Source of the DNA: Acidimicrobiales bacterium
GTDB lineage: Bacteria > Actinomycetota > Acidimicrobiia > Acidimicrobiales > RAAP-2
Direction: 5' to 3'
Assembly: GCA_050743605.1 (NCBI GenBank)
Contig: JBOGGB010000194.1
Span: 1-30,031, forward strand
DNA: 30,031 nucleotides
Positions 1 to 7,994 of this stretch are shown here, piece after piece. A program made the position numbers and the translations under genes. The notes beneath the pieces are model-generated. The model was not told the origin of the DNA and searched no databases. It worked only from the letters and a program-made list of their open reading frames with translations. Positions within the stretch are counted from its first letter, which is position 1. Every line of letters starts with the position of its first letter.

Positions 1-422
1 ATCGCCGCGGCGAGATCTTCGGGGCCACGTCCGCCGCCCGCGGCGCCGAGCACCGCGTGACGGGGGACCGGCAGCCCGGCGGCACTGAAGCACGTGCGCA
101 TCTGTGCCTTGTCGACGGCGATCCGCAGCGTCTCGACGCCGGGGCGCAACCGCACCCCCTCGCGCTCGAGCTCGCCCAGGAGCTCGAGGTCGACCAGTTC
201 GTGGTCGAAGGTGAGGACGTCACAGCGCCGGGCGAGATCGAGCAGCGCTCCCCGGTCCGTGGCCTCGCCGAGGAGCACCTCGCTCACGACTGCAGTGGCG
301 GCGTCGTCTGCTCGCGCGGCGAGCACGAGGGTGTGAACCCCGAGCTGGCTCGCCGCCTCTGCCATCATGCGGGCGAGCTGCCCCGCGCCCACGATGCCGA
401 GGGCGCCGGCGGCGCGGGTCAC
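1..422 (-). CDS. purK: N5-carboxyaminoimidazole ribonucleotide synthase, 5' part (runs off window start)
   Basis: Not in the ORF track. Manual translation from GTG at 422 gives MTRAAGALGIVGAGQLARMMAEAASQLG...CDVLTFDHELVD...IAVDKAQMR, matching the PurK GxGQLxRM and (V)LTFDHE motifs. Confidence 0.9.
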   Translation of the reverse strand, partial: MTRAAGALGIVGAGQLARMMAEAASQLGVHTLVLAARADDAATAVVSEVLLGEATDRGALLDLARRCDVLTFDHELVDLELLGELEREGVRLRPGVETLRIAVDKAQMRTCFSAAGLPVPRHAVLGAAGGGRGPEDLAAA

Positions 423-582
423 GTCGGTCGCCGGCCATCGGGCACGACGGCACGATAGTGGCGCCCAGCGCTGGCGGCGACGCCGGAGCCTGCGCCAGAG
501 GCGCGGGGACTACTGCGCCCACGCAGGACGCGAGCTGAGCCCGGCGGGGGGGGTGCCGGGCCCAGCTCGCGATCGGCCGAGC

Positions 583-1188
583 TCAGCGTGGGATCTTCGT
601 GTGCTTCAGCTCGTTCAGCTCGGGGTGGTCGCGGAGGAGGTCCACTGCGCGCTCGATGGTGGCGCGTGCCCTGGCCGCATCGCCCGCGGGGCGTGTCATG
701 AAGCGGACGAACACCGCGTCATCACCTGCGACGAAGGTGGGCACCCCGAAGACTTCGTGCTCGGACACCGACTTCTCGTGCTCCGTCCGGACTGCGTCGA
801 GGGGCCAGCCGCTGTCGATCTCGGCGAACACCGCCTCGGCGGGCACGCCGACCGACTCGAGCGCCTCACGGACGACCGCTGGATCGGAGATCTCCCTCCC
901 ATGATCGTGGCGCGCCGCGAACAGCGCCAAGTGAGCGGCGCGGAATTGGTCGGGAAACTTGTCCCGGACGGCGACGCCCGCTTCGAGGGCGAGCAGCCCG
1001 CGAACCTTCTCCTCGAGCTCCCACACCGGCGTCCCGTTCTCCTCGACGTGGGCCTGCATGAGCGAGAAGGACGTGAAGGTGACGTCCCAGGGCGCGCCGC
1101 CGTCGAGCGCGGTGACGAGGTGCTCGTGGGCGTTGCGAGCAAAGGGGCACAGGTAGTCCCAGGTGACGGAGAAGGCGCGCGCGGTCAT
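583..1188 (-). CDS. DsbA/thioredoxin-like oxidoreductase (Rv2466c/FrnE-like)
   Basis: MTARAFSVTWDYLCPFARNA... with a single-Cys CPFA site and a C-terminal VFGVPTF cis-Pro loop. Start set at ATG 1188. Confidence 0.8.
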   Translation of the reverse strand: MTARAFSVTWDYLCPFARNAHEHLVTALDGGAPWDVTFTSFSLMQAHVEENGTPVWELEEKVRGLLALEAGVAVRDKFPDQFRAAHLALFAARHDHGREISDPAVVREALESVGVPAEAVFAEIDSGWPLDAVRTEHEKSVSEHEVFGVPTFVAGDDAVFVRFMTRPAGDAARARATIERAVDLLRDHPELNELKHTKIPR

Positions 1189-1216
1189 GCTCTTGTCAAC
1201 GCGGCTCGGTCCCGTG

Positions 1217-1840
1217 CTATTCCGACCGCAACTTACGGGCGCATGGGCCTGAGGCGAGGACGTCGACGAGGGGTCGCACGATCGTCCCGACCACGGTGCC
1301 GATCGTCGCCCCGCCCAGCACGTCGCTTGCGTGGTGCGCGCGCATGTGGACGCGGCTTGCGGCCACCGCCGCGGCGAAGGCGAGGGCGGCGCGCCGGAAG
1401 GTCGGGCGGTCGGGCAGCACCATGGCCGTGCAGAATGCGGCGAGCGTATGGCCGCTCGGGAAGCTGCTGCTCGCCGGAGTTCGCACCGGCATCCCTTGCA
1501 CGGGCGACGCCGGCTGATCGGGGCGGGACCGGCCCACGAGCTGCTTGACCGTCCGATTGACGCAGTAGGAGGAGACACCTGCGAGCGCGAGGGCTGCGAC
1601 CGCACGACGGCGTGCCGGACCGGGATGCCTCGCCTTCCAGGCAGCGGCAAGCACCCAGACAGCCCCGTGGTCCGAGATGTTCGAGAGGACCGCCGCGCTC
1701 ACGTCCGCCCAACGTCGGCCACGCACCGTCGCGGTCCAACGTTCCCCGGTTCCGTCGATCGCGGCGAACGCCTTTCCGAGCGGCGTGGTGCGGCCTCGGT
1801 CGGGGGAGGCTGTCCCCGCCGGTCCCGTCGCGTCGCTCAC
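1217..1840 (-). CDS. PAP2-family membrane phosphatase
   Basis: Motifs KQLVGRSRP, SFPSGH and SRVHMRAHHASDV. The GTG start overlaps the stop of the upstream nuclease gene (GTGA). Confidence 0.88.
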   Translation of the reverse strand: MSDATGPAGTASPDRGRTTPLGKAFAAIDGTGERWTATVRGRRWADVSAAVLSNISDHGAVWVLAAAWKARHPGPARRRAVAALALAGVSSYCVNRTVKQLVGRSRPDQPASPVQGMPVRTPASSSFPSGHTLAAFCTAMVLPDRPTFRRAALAFAAAVAASRVHMRAHHASDVLGGATIGTVVGTIVRPLVDVLASGPCARKLRSE

Positions 1841-2631
1841 GCCGCCGGGAGCTCGGGCGGAACCCCCCCGAAGGTCGGGCACCACGGGTGGAAGGCGCAG
1901 TAGTTGCACAGGGGGGAGGGACGCGGGCGGAAGTCGCCCCGCTCGCACGCACGCTCGATCGCCTTCCACACCGCGAGCGTGCGAACACGCTGGCCTCGCA
2001 GCGTCTGGCTGGTCGGCGTCGCGGTGATCGAGAGCGGCTCCCGGAGGTGGAGGAGCCGCACCTCGACAGGCACCTTGCCGAGCGCCTGCTCGCAGAGCAG
2101 AGCGTAGAGGTGCACCCCGGTCAGCTTCGCCCTCTCGTAGCGCTCCCCGGGCGCCCGGCCCGTCTTGTAGTCGACCACCACGAGGTCGCCTGTGGCGTCC
2201 ACGTCGAGTCGGTCGATGATCCCCCGGAGCAGGAGTCCGTCGAGCTCTGCCTCGAGGCGGAGCTCGACGCCCGCCGCGTCGACCCGGGTCGGGTCCTCGA
2301 GCACGAAGTAGTTCGCGACGAGCATCGCCGCGTCCCCGAGGAACGCCGCGGCGGCCTCGCCGTCGAGCCCGAGCGCGAGGTACTCCGGGTCGACCTGTAG
2401 GTCCGTCCACGCGCGCTCCAGCTCCACGGTGGCGATCTCGGCGGTGCGCTCGGGCCCGGGGTGGTCCCACACGAGCCGCTCGAGCACGCGGTGCACGAGC
2501 GTCCCCTTGACGGCGTGCGGGGACGGCGGCTCGGGGAGACGGTCGATCGCCCGCAGGCGGAACGCGAGCGGGCAGTCGGTGAACGACGCCACTCGGGTGG
2601 GCGAGAGGGATCTCGGCAGCTCGAGCGGCAT
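1837..2631 (-). CDS. RecB-family PD-(D/E)XK exonuclease with Cys cluster
   Basis: LSPTRVASFTDCP, GTLVHRVLE, LRGIIDRLD, VVVDYKTG and CNYCAFHPWC. Confidence 0.88.
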   Translation of the reverse strand: MPLELPRSLSPTRVASFTDCPLAFRLRAIDRLPEPPSPHAVKGTLVHRVLERLVWDHPGPERTAEIATVELERAWTDLQVDPEYLALGLDGEAAAAFLGDAAMLVANYFVLEDPTRVDAAGVELRLEAELDGLLLRGIIDRLDVDATGDLVVVDYKTGRAPGERYERAKLTGVHLYALLCEQALGKVPVEVRLLHLREPLSITATPTSQTLRGQRVRTLAVWKAIERACERGDFRPRPSPLCNYCAFHPWCPTFGGVPPELPAA

Positions 2632-2670
2632 CGCCGCCAACACTACGCGGGGGTGCCATCATCGACCCCC

Positions 2671-3030
2671 ATGTCCCTGTCCAATGACGACCGGCCACGC
2701 GGCCGCGTTGGCCGCCGTGACCGGAGTCCCGCCGCGCTGGCCGCCGAGAAGGCGGCTGCGCACCTCGAGCGGAAGGCCGAGTGGGCCGGGGTGCGCGCAG
2801 GAGACCGGGTAGAGATCGCCGGTAACCGCGCGCGCTCGGCGACGTGGTCCTTTCTCGCGCACGTCCGCAACGTCCGAACCGGCGACGAGTGGGTGGAGGT
2901 CGTCGGGGGACGAGCGGGGAGCCGCGCCGTGCGCTCGTTCCGGCCCGAGAGCGTCTTCGCCCCGTCCCCCCGGGGGTCCAGGGGTCCCCGGGCCGCCCCG
3001 CTCACCGAGGTGCCCCGCCTGCCGCTCTGA
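2671..3030 (+). CDS. hypothetical protein (small, beta-rich)
   Basis: ATG 2671, divergent from the nuclease. Protein-like segment VRAGDRVEIAG...WSFLAHVRNVRTGDEWVEVVGG...VRSFRPESV. Confidence 0.6.
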   Translation: MSLSNDDRPRGRVGRRDRSPAALAAEKAAAHLERKAEWAGVRAGDRVEIAGNRARSATWSFLAHVRNVRTGDEWVEVVGGRAGSRAVRSFRPESVFAPSPRGSRGPRAAPLTEVPRLPL

Positions 3031-3114
3031 GCTGGACCTCCAGGCGCCGTTCGGACCACACGTGAGCAAGGTTGTGGAAGCGGCGCGTGCCTGGCGTCCT
3101 CCTACACTTCGGCG

Positions 3115-3930
3115 ATGCCTGCCCCGCCCCCCGCCCCCGGCGCCCCGCTCGTTCGCCGGGAGCGTGAGGGCCCGGTCGTCAGCCTCACGATGTGCTCCCC
3201 TGCGAACCGCAACGCCTTGTCACGCAGGCTCCTGGCCGAGCTGGCGACAGCGCTCGCCGACGCCGGGTCCGACCCCGGCGTCCGGATCGTCGTGCTCACG
3301 GGGACGGGCACGGCGTTCTGCTCGGGCATGGACCTCTCCGAGCGGCTCCATCCGCTGCCGGGGGAGCCGCCGGCGACCCTGGGCGAGGTGCTCACCGCCA
3401 TCGTGGCCATGGCCAAGCCGGTCGTCGCCAGGGTGAACGGCCATGTGCGCGCCGGGGGGATGGGCCTGGTGTGCGCGTGCGACCTCGCTGTGGCGCCGCA
3501 GGACGCGACCTTCGCGTTCAACGAGGTGCGCGTCGGCATGGCACCTGCGATCGTCGCGGTGCCTGCGCTCCGGCGGATGTCTCGGCGCGCCTTCGACCGC
3601 TACGCCCTGACCGGAGAGGTGTTCGGGGCGGCGCAGGCCGTCGAGTCGGGTGTCCTCACCGCCGTGGTCAGCGGTGCGGACGTTCTCGACGCCTGGGTGG
3701 GCGACGTAGTGGCCTCGACGCTTCGGTCCGCTCCGGCGGCCGTCGCCGCGACCAAGGCCCTGGCCGAGCTCGTCGCCCGCCCGTGGGCCGAGGCCCTCGA
3801 AGCCGCAGCAGAGGTCTCCGAGGCACTCTTCGGCACTGCGGCAGCCGCTGAAGGGATGGCGGCGTTCTTGGGCAGGCGTAAGCCGTCGTGGGTGGTGGAG
3901 CCGTCGCGCGGCCCTAGGGCTCCGAGCTGA
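3115..3930 (+). CDS. enoyl-CoA hydratase/isomerase family protein
   Basis: RNAL, AFCSGMDL, KPVVARVNGHVRAGGMGL, FAFNEVRVG and EGMAAFLGRRKP. Confidence 0.92.
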   Translation: MPAPPPAPGAPLVRREREGPVVSLTMCSPANRNALSRRLLAELATALADAGSDPGVRIVVLTGTGTAFCSGMDLSERLHPLPGEPPATLGEVLTAIVAMAKPVVARVNGHVRAGGMGLVCACDLAVAPQDATFAFNEVRVGMAPAIVAVPALRRMSRRAFDRYALTGEVFGAAQAVESGVLTAVVSGADVLDAWVGDVVASTLRSAPAAVAATKALAELVARPWAEALEAAAEVSEALFGTAAAAEGMAAFLGRRKPSWVVEPSRGPRAPS

Positions 3931-3936
3931 CCACTG

Positions 3937-3969
3937 GCGCCTGCCCGCCTTTTCGCGAGGCGCAGGCGC
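3937..3969 (+). terminator. GC-rich hairpin after enoyl-CoA hydratase; possible terminator
   Basis: GCGCCTGC (3937-3944) pairs with GCAGGCGC (3962-3969), starting 7 nt after the stop. No U-tract. Confidence 0.4.
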
Positions 3970-4213
3970 GTGAGCCCGGCCGCGTCGCCATGCCCGCGCA
4001 GGGGACCTCTACCCTCCACGTCGGGCGCTCCAGGGACGGGGAGATCTGTGGCAGCGCGCCGCCGCGCGCCCGGCCCCGGAGGACCCCCGGAGCGGCCCCG
4101 GATCGCGGGTCGCCCTACGTCCATGGCCCGGTGTGCCTGCGCCACGAGGCTCCCGGCGAGCCCGGGGAGAGGGGTTGCCGAGTAGCGGGGGGTGGCCAGC
4201 TAACTTGCCTCAC

Positions 4214-4462
4214 GTGTCCGATTACCTCATCCCGGAGCCCGAGCCCAAGGAGATCGACGAGAAGCTGTCGATCGAGCTGCGGCACATGTCCGAGAACGCG
4301 GTCCTGCGGGGCCATCCCTCTGGCGAAGAGCGCTGTGACAACTGCCGGTACTACCTCGAGCCGTACAACGACCTGTCGTACTGCTGGCACCCCAAGCTCA
4401 GGATCCTCGTCGGTGCCAACTGGTGGTGCCAATGGTGGGAGGCGAACCCCGAGGACGCCTAG
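4214..4462 (+). CDS. small 4-Cys protein with HiPIP-like Cys spacing
   Basis: 82 aa from GTG 4214: ...EERCDNCRYYLEPYNDLSYCWHPKLRILVGANWWCQWWE. Codon usage is strongly GC3-biased. Confidence 0.75.
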   Translation: MSDYLIPEPEPKEIDEKLSIELRHMSENAVLRGHPSGEERCDNCRYYLEPYNDLSYCWHPKLRILVGANWWCQWWEANPEDA

Positions 4463-4573
4463 AGCGGGGCGCCGCCTGGCCTGTCCAGGCACTCCCTGCG
4501 TGAGATCCAGGTGCCGTGGAAACTGATAGGGAAAGGGCCGCAGCTGCGGCTGCTGCCACGTGACCACGAACGG

Positions 4574-4891
4574 ATGGCTCCGATGCTGCCTCAGGCGTTC
4601 AGGATGGAAGTCGACGACTCCAGCACGGGCGAAGCCGTGCTGAGGCTCTTCGGCGAGCTCGACCTCGTCAGCGCGGACGCGGCTCAGCAGGCGCTCGTGG
4701 CGCTCGCACGTTCGACGGTCGTGGCGGACCTCACGCACCTCGAGTTCATCGACTCGACCGGGCTCTCCGCGCTCCTGCGGGCACGACGGCGAATCGAGGA
4801 GACGGGACATCGCCTCGAGATCCGCGGCGCTCGCGGCGCGACGCGCGGCGTGTTTGTCGCAGGCGGGCTCAGCGACGTCCTCGACGACTGA
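4574..4891 (+). CDS. STAS-domain anti-sigma factor antagonist
   Basis: LRLFGELDL and DLTHLEFIDSTGL (phospho-Ser motif). Confidence 0.88.
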   Translation: MAPMLPQAFRMEVDDSSTGEAVLRLFGELDLVSADAAQQALVALARSTVVADLTHLEFIDSTGLSALLRARRRIEETGHRLEIRGARGATRGVFVAGGLSDVLDD

Positions 4892-4964
4892 CGTCCGCCT
4901 CGCTCCCCGCCCACGGCAGGGCTGCGGCTTGCTCCTCGCCACCCTCGTGGCGTAGGAGTTGCGG

Positions 4965-6962
4965 ATGGTTCGCACCTCTCCCCACGGCTCGTGGGAGTCG
5001 CCGGTGACGCTCGACCATCTGGTCGCAGACGTGGTCGGCTTGTCGTTTCCTTTCGCCACGCCGACTCACGTGTACTGGACCGAGGCGCGCCCATCGGAAG
5101 GGGGCCGGCATGTGCTCGTGCGCCGCTCGGTCGCCGGAGGGGTCCTCGAGGAAGTGACCCCTCCGGGCTTCGGGGCTCGGACCACGGTCCACGAGTACGG
5201 CGGGCTATGCGTGGCCGTCCACCACGATCCGACAGTCGGAGATACCCTCTACTTCTCCAACTTCGTCGACCAGCGCCTCCACCGTGTCGTGCCGGGTGAG
5301 GCGCCGTGCGCCCTCACGCCCGAGCCGCCCATGAAGCACGCGGTGAGATTCGCCGCTCCGGTTCTGACCTGTGACGGCCGACACCTCCTCGCGGTCCGGG
5401 AGCGCCACGGCGACCCCGATGTGGCCACGACTGTGGTCAACGACGTGGTCGTGATGCCGACCGACGGGTCCGAGCCGCCGCGTGCACTCCTGTTCGGGCA
5501 CGACTTCTGGTCCTTCATCGCGTGCTCACCCGACGGGCGACGCGTCTGTTGGGTGAGCTGGGACCACCCGAACATGCCCTGGGACGGGACCGAGCTGTGG
5601 GAAGGTGAGCTCGACGTCGAAGAAGGTGTCGTGCGAGCGCCGCACCTGGTCGCGGGTGGCCCCTCGGTCTCGGTGACCCAGCCGAAGTACGCGCCCGACG
5701 GCACGCTTCACTACGTCGCGGACTCGACGGGATGGTGGAACCTCTACGCCGCCGGTGCGGGGCCAGGCGAGAGTCGGGCGCTTGCGCCCATGGAGGCGGA
5801 GCTGGGCGCTCCAGACTTCGTCTTCGGTCTTTCCTCCTACGCGTTCGTGGAGGACGGGAAGGTGCTCGCGACCTGGCGTTGCGAAGGTCTGGACCACGTC
5901 GGCGTCCTCCACCCCGACGCGAGGGAGTTCACCGCGGCGGACTGCGGAGTCACCTATGTGACCCAGGTACGCAGTACCGAGGACGGGTCGTGCGCCTACG
6001 CCGTCGCCGGGTCGGCGACCCTCCCGCCGAGCGTCGTGCGCATGGAGGTGTCCGCGCGCGGCGGGGTGGACGTGGAGGTCGTGCGGCGATCCCGGGCCGA
6101 GGCCGTCGGCACGGACTACATCTCGAAGCCAGAGCCGGTCGACTTCCCGGTCGGGCAAGGCAATGTCGGGCACGCGCTCTTCTACGCCCCGCGCAACCCG
6201 GGCTTCGAGGCGCCCACCGGTGAGCTGCCGCCGCTGATCGTGAGCGTCCACGGCGGACCGACTTCTTCGGCGCTGCCAGTGCTGAACTATGCCGTCCAAT
6301 ACTGGACCAGCCGTGGATTCGCCGTCGTCGACGTGAACTACGGCGGCAGCACCGGCTACGGGCGCGCCTACAGAGAGCGGCTGCGCGGCCAGTGGGGGGT
6401 CGTGGACCTGGGCGACTGCGTGCATGTCGCGAATCACCTGGCCCGGAGCGGCCGCGCCGACGGCACTCGCCTGGTGATCCGCGGCGGCAGTGCCGGCGGC
6501 TACACCGCTTTGTGCGGGGCGACGTTCACCGACGTGTTCGCAGCGGCGACGAGCTACTACGGCATCTGCGACGCCGCGGCGCTCGCGCAGGACACGCACA
6601 AGTTCGAGCTCCACTACACCGACACCCTCTTCGGCCCGTGGCCCGAGGATGCTGACGTCTACAAGTCGCGCTCACCCGTCTACCGTGCAGCGGCTATCCG
6701 CACGCCTCTCATCATGTTCCAGGGGCTCGATGACAAGGTCGTGCACCCGAGCCAGGCCGAGATCATGGTCGCGGCGCTACGCGAGAACGGCGTCCCTCAT
6801 GCCTACGTCACGTACGGGGGGGAGCAGCACGGTTTCCGGAAGGCCGAGAGCATCCGGCGAACTGCTGAGGCTGAGCTGTACTTCTACGGCCGAGTCCTCG
6901 GCTTCGCACCGGCTGACGAGCTCCGGCCGGTCGACATCGCCTACGAGGATCGCATCGCCTGA
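4965..6962 (+). CDS. S9-family prolyl oligopeptidase/dipeptidyl aminopeptidase
   Basis: AGGAG RBS, then PHGSWESP, HPNMPWD, VHGGPT, GGSAGGY (nucleophile), QGLDDKVV and EQHGFR. Confidence 0.95.
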   Translation: MVRTSPHGSWESPVTLDHLVADVVGLSFPFATPTHVYWTEARPSEGGRHVLVRRSVAGGVLEEVTPPGFGARTTVHEYGGLCVAVHHDPTVGDTLYFSNFVDQRLHRVVPGEAPCALTPEPPMKHAVRFAAPVLTCDGRHLLAVRERHGDPDVATTVVNDVVVMPTDGSEPPRALLFGHDFWSFIACSPDGRRVCWVSWDHPNMPWDGTELWEGELDVEEGVVRAPHLVAGGPSVSVTQPKYAPDGTLHYVADSTGWWNLYAAGAGPGESRALAPMEAELGAPDFVFGLSSYAFVEDGKVLATWRCEGLDHVGVLHPDAREFTAADCGVTYVTQVRSTEDGSCAYAVAGSATLPPSVVRMEVSARGGVDVEVVRRSRAEAVGTDYISKPEPVDFPVGQGNVGHALFYAPRNPGFEAPTGELPPLIVSVHGGPTSSALPVLNYAVQYWTSRGFAVVDVNYGGSTGYGRAYRERLRGQWGVVDLGDCVHVANHLARSGRADGTRLVIRGGSAGGYTALCGATFTDVFAAATSYYGICDAAALAQDTHKFELHYTDTLFGPWPEDADVYKSRSPVYRAAAIRTPLIMFQGLDDKVVHPSQAEIMVAALRENGVPHAYVTYGGEQHGFRKAESIRRTAEAELYFYGRVLGFAPADELRPVDIAYEDRIA

Positions 6963-7035
6963 CGCGTTGCCAGCGGTGACGGGTGCGGACCGTCAGCCCG
7001 ACGATGCCGTCTGCCGGCCGATCTGCCTCCCAGCC

Positions 7036-7968
7036 TCAGTCCAGCCGCCGTGGTGGGACCGCCACGCGCAAGAGGTCGGCTGCGGCGATCACGTCCCCTC
7101 CGAACGCGCCTGCGGCCTCCTCCAGGAGCGGCTCGACGTCGGTGTATCGCTGGGAGAAGTGCGTGAGGAGGAGCCGCCGGACGCCGGCCTGTGCGGCGAG
7201 CCGGCCGGCGTCGGCAGCGGTGAGATGGCCCCATGCGGCCGCCATGCCCGCCTCGGCCGACGCGAAGGTCGACTCGCAGACGAGGAGATCGGCACCGGCA
7301 GCGAGCGCGAGCGCACCGTCGCACCAGGTGGTGTCCATCACGAAGGCGACGACCTGGCCGCGGCGCTCGACGCTCATCTCCTCGAGCGTGACTCTTCGCC
7401 CGGAGGCGGTGATCGAACCATCGCGTTGCAGCCGGCCCACGTCGCGCCCTGCGATGCCGGCGGCCCTGAGTCGTGCGGGAAGCAGCGTCCGACCGGGGCG
7501 CTCCTCGACCCGCCACCCGATCGCATCGACAGAATGGCGAAGCGAGGCCGCGTGGAGCGTGTAGGTCGCCGTCTCGTCCACTGCGACGAGCTCGCCCGAG
7601 GAGCCGCCACGGATCGGCTGGAGGCGCAGGTCGAGGCGGTCGTCGAAGATCGAGGCGTAGCGCATCCGTTCGACGTATGGGCGACCGGACGCCGGGAAGG
7701 CGATGGCGAGGGGCCGGGTCACCCCGTCGAGCGACAGCCGCTGCAGCACGCCCGGGAGACCCAGGCAGTGATCCCCGTGGAAGTGCGTGATGCAGATACC
7801 GGTCACCGCGGAAGCGGGCACCCCCGCGAGCAGCATCTGGCGCTGCGTGCCCTCGCCTGGGTCGAAGAGCAGCCCTGCGCCGTCCCAGCGAAGGAAGTAT
7901 CCATTGTGGTTCCTCGTGCGCGTCGGCACCTGACTGGCCGAACCGAGAACGACGAGCTCGCGCACCAC
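7036..7968 (-). CDS. rnz: ribonuclease Z
   Basis: ELVVLGSASQVPTRTRNHNG, FDPGEGTQRQ, ITHFHGDHCLG, CESTF, GHLTA and LTHFSQRY. Confidence 0.93.
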   Translation of the reverse strand: MVRELVVLGSASQVPTRTRNHNGYFLRWDGAGLLFDPGEGTQRQMLLAGVPASAVTGICITHFHGDHCLGLPGVLQRLSLDGVTRPLAIAFPASGRPYVERMRYASIFDDRLDLRLQPIRGGSSGELVAVDETATYTLHAASLRHSVDAIGWRVEERPGRTLLPARLRAAGIAGRDVGRLQRDGSITASGRRVTLEEMSVERRGQVVAFVMDTTWCDGALALAAGADLLVCESTFASAEAGMAAAWGHLTAADAGRLAAQAGVRRLLLTHFSQRYTDVEPLLEEAAGAFGGDVIAAADLLRVAVPPRRLD

Positions 7969-7994
7969 TGTGGCGCGAACGCTACCCGGGTTCC

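Noticed and set aside
1837..2631. Cas4/CRISPR adaptation gene
   Set aside because: The Cys-containing PD-(D/E)XK nuclease sits among housekeeping genes. No cas1/cas2 or repeat-spacer array is in the window.
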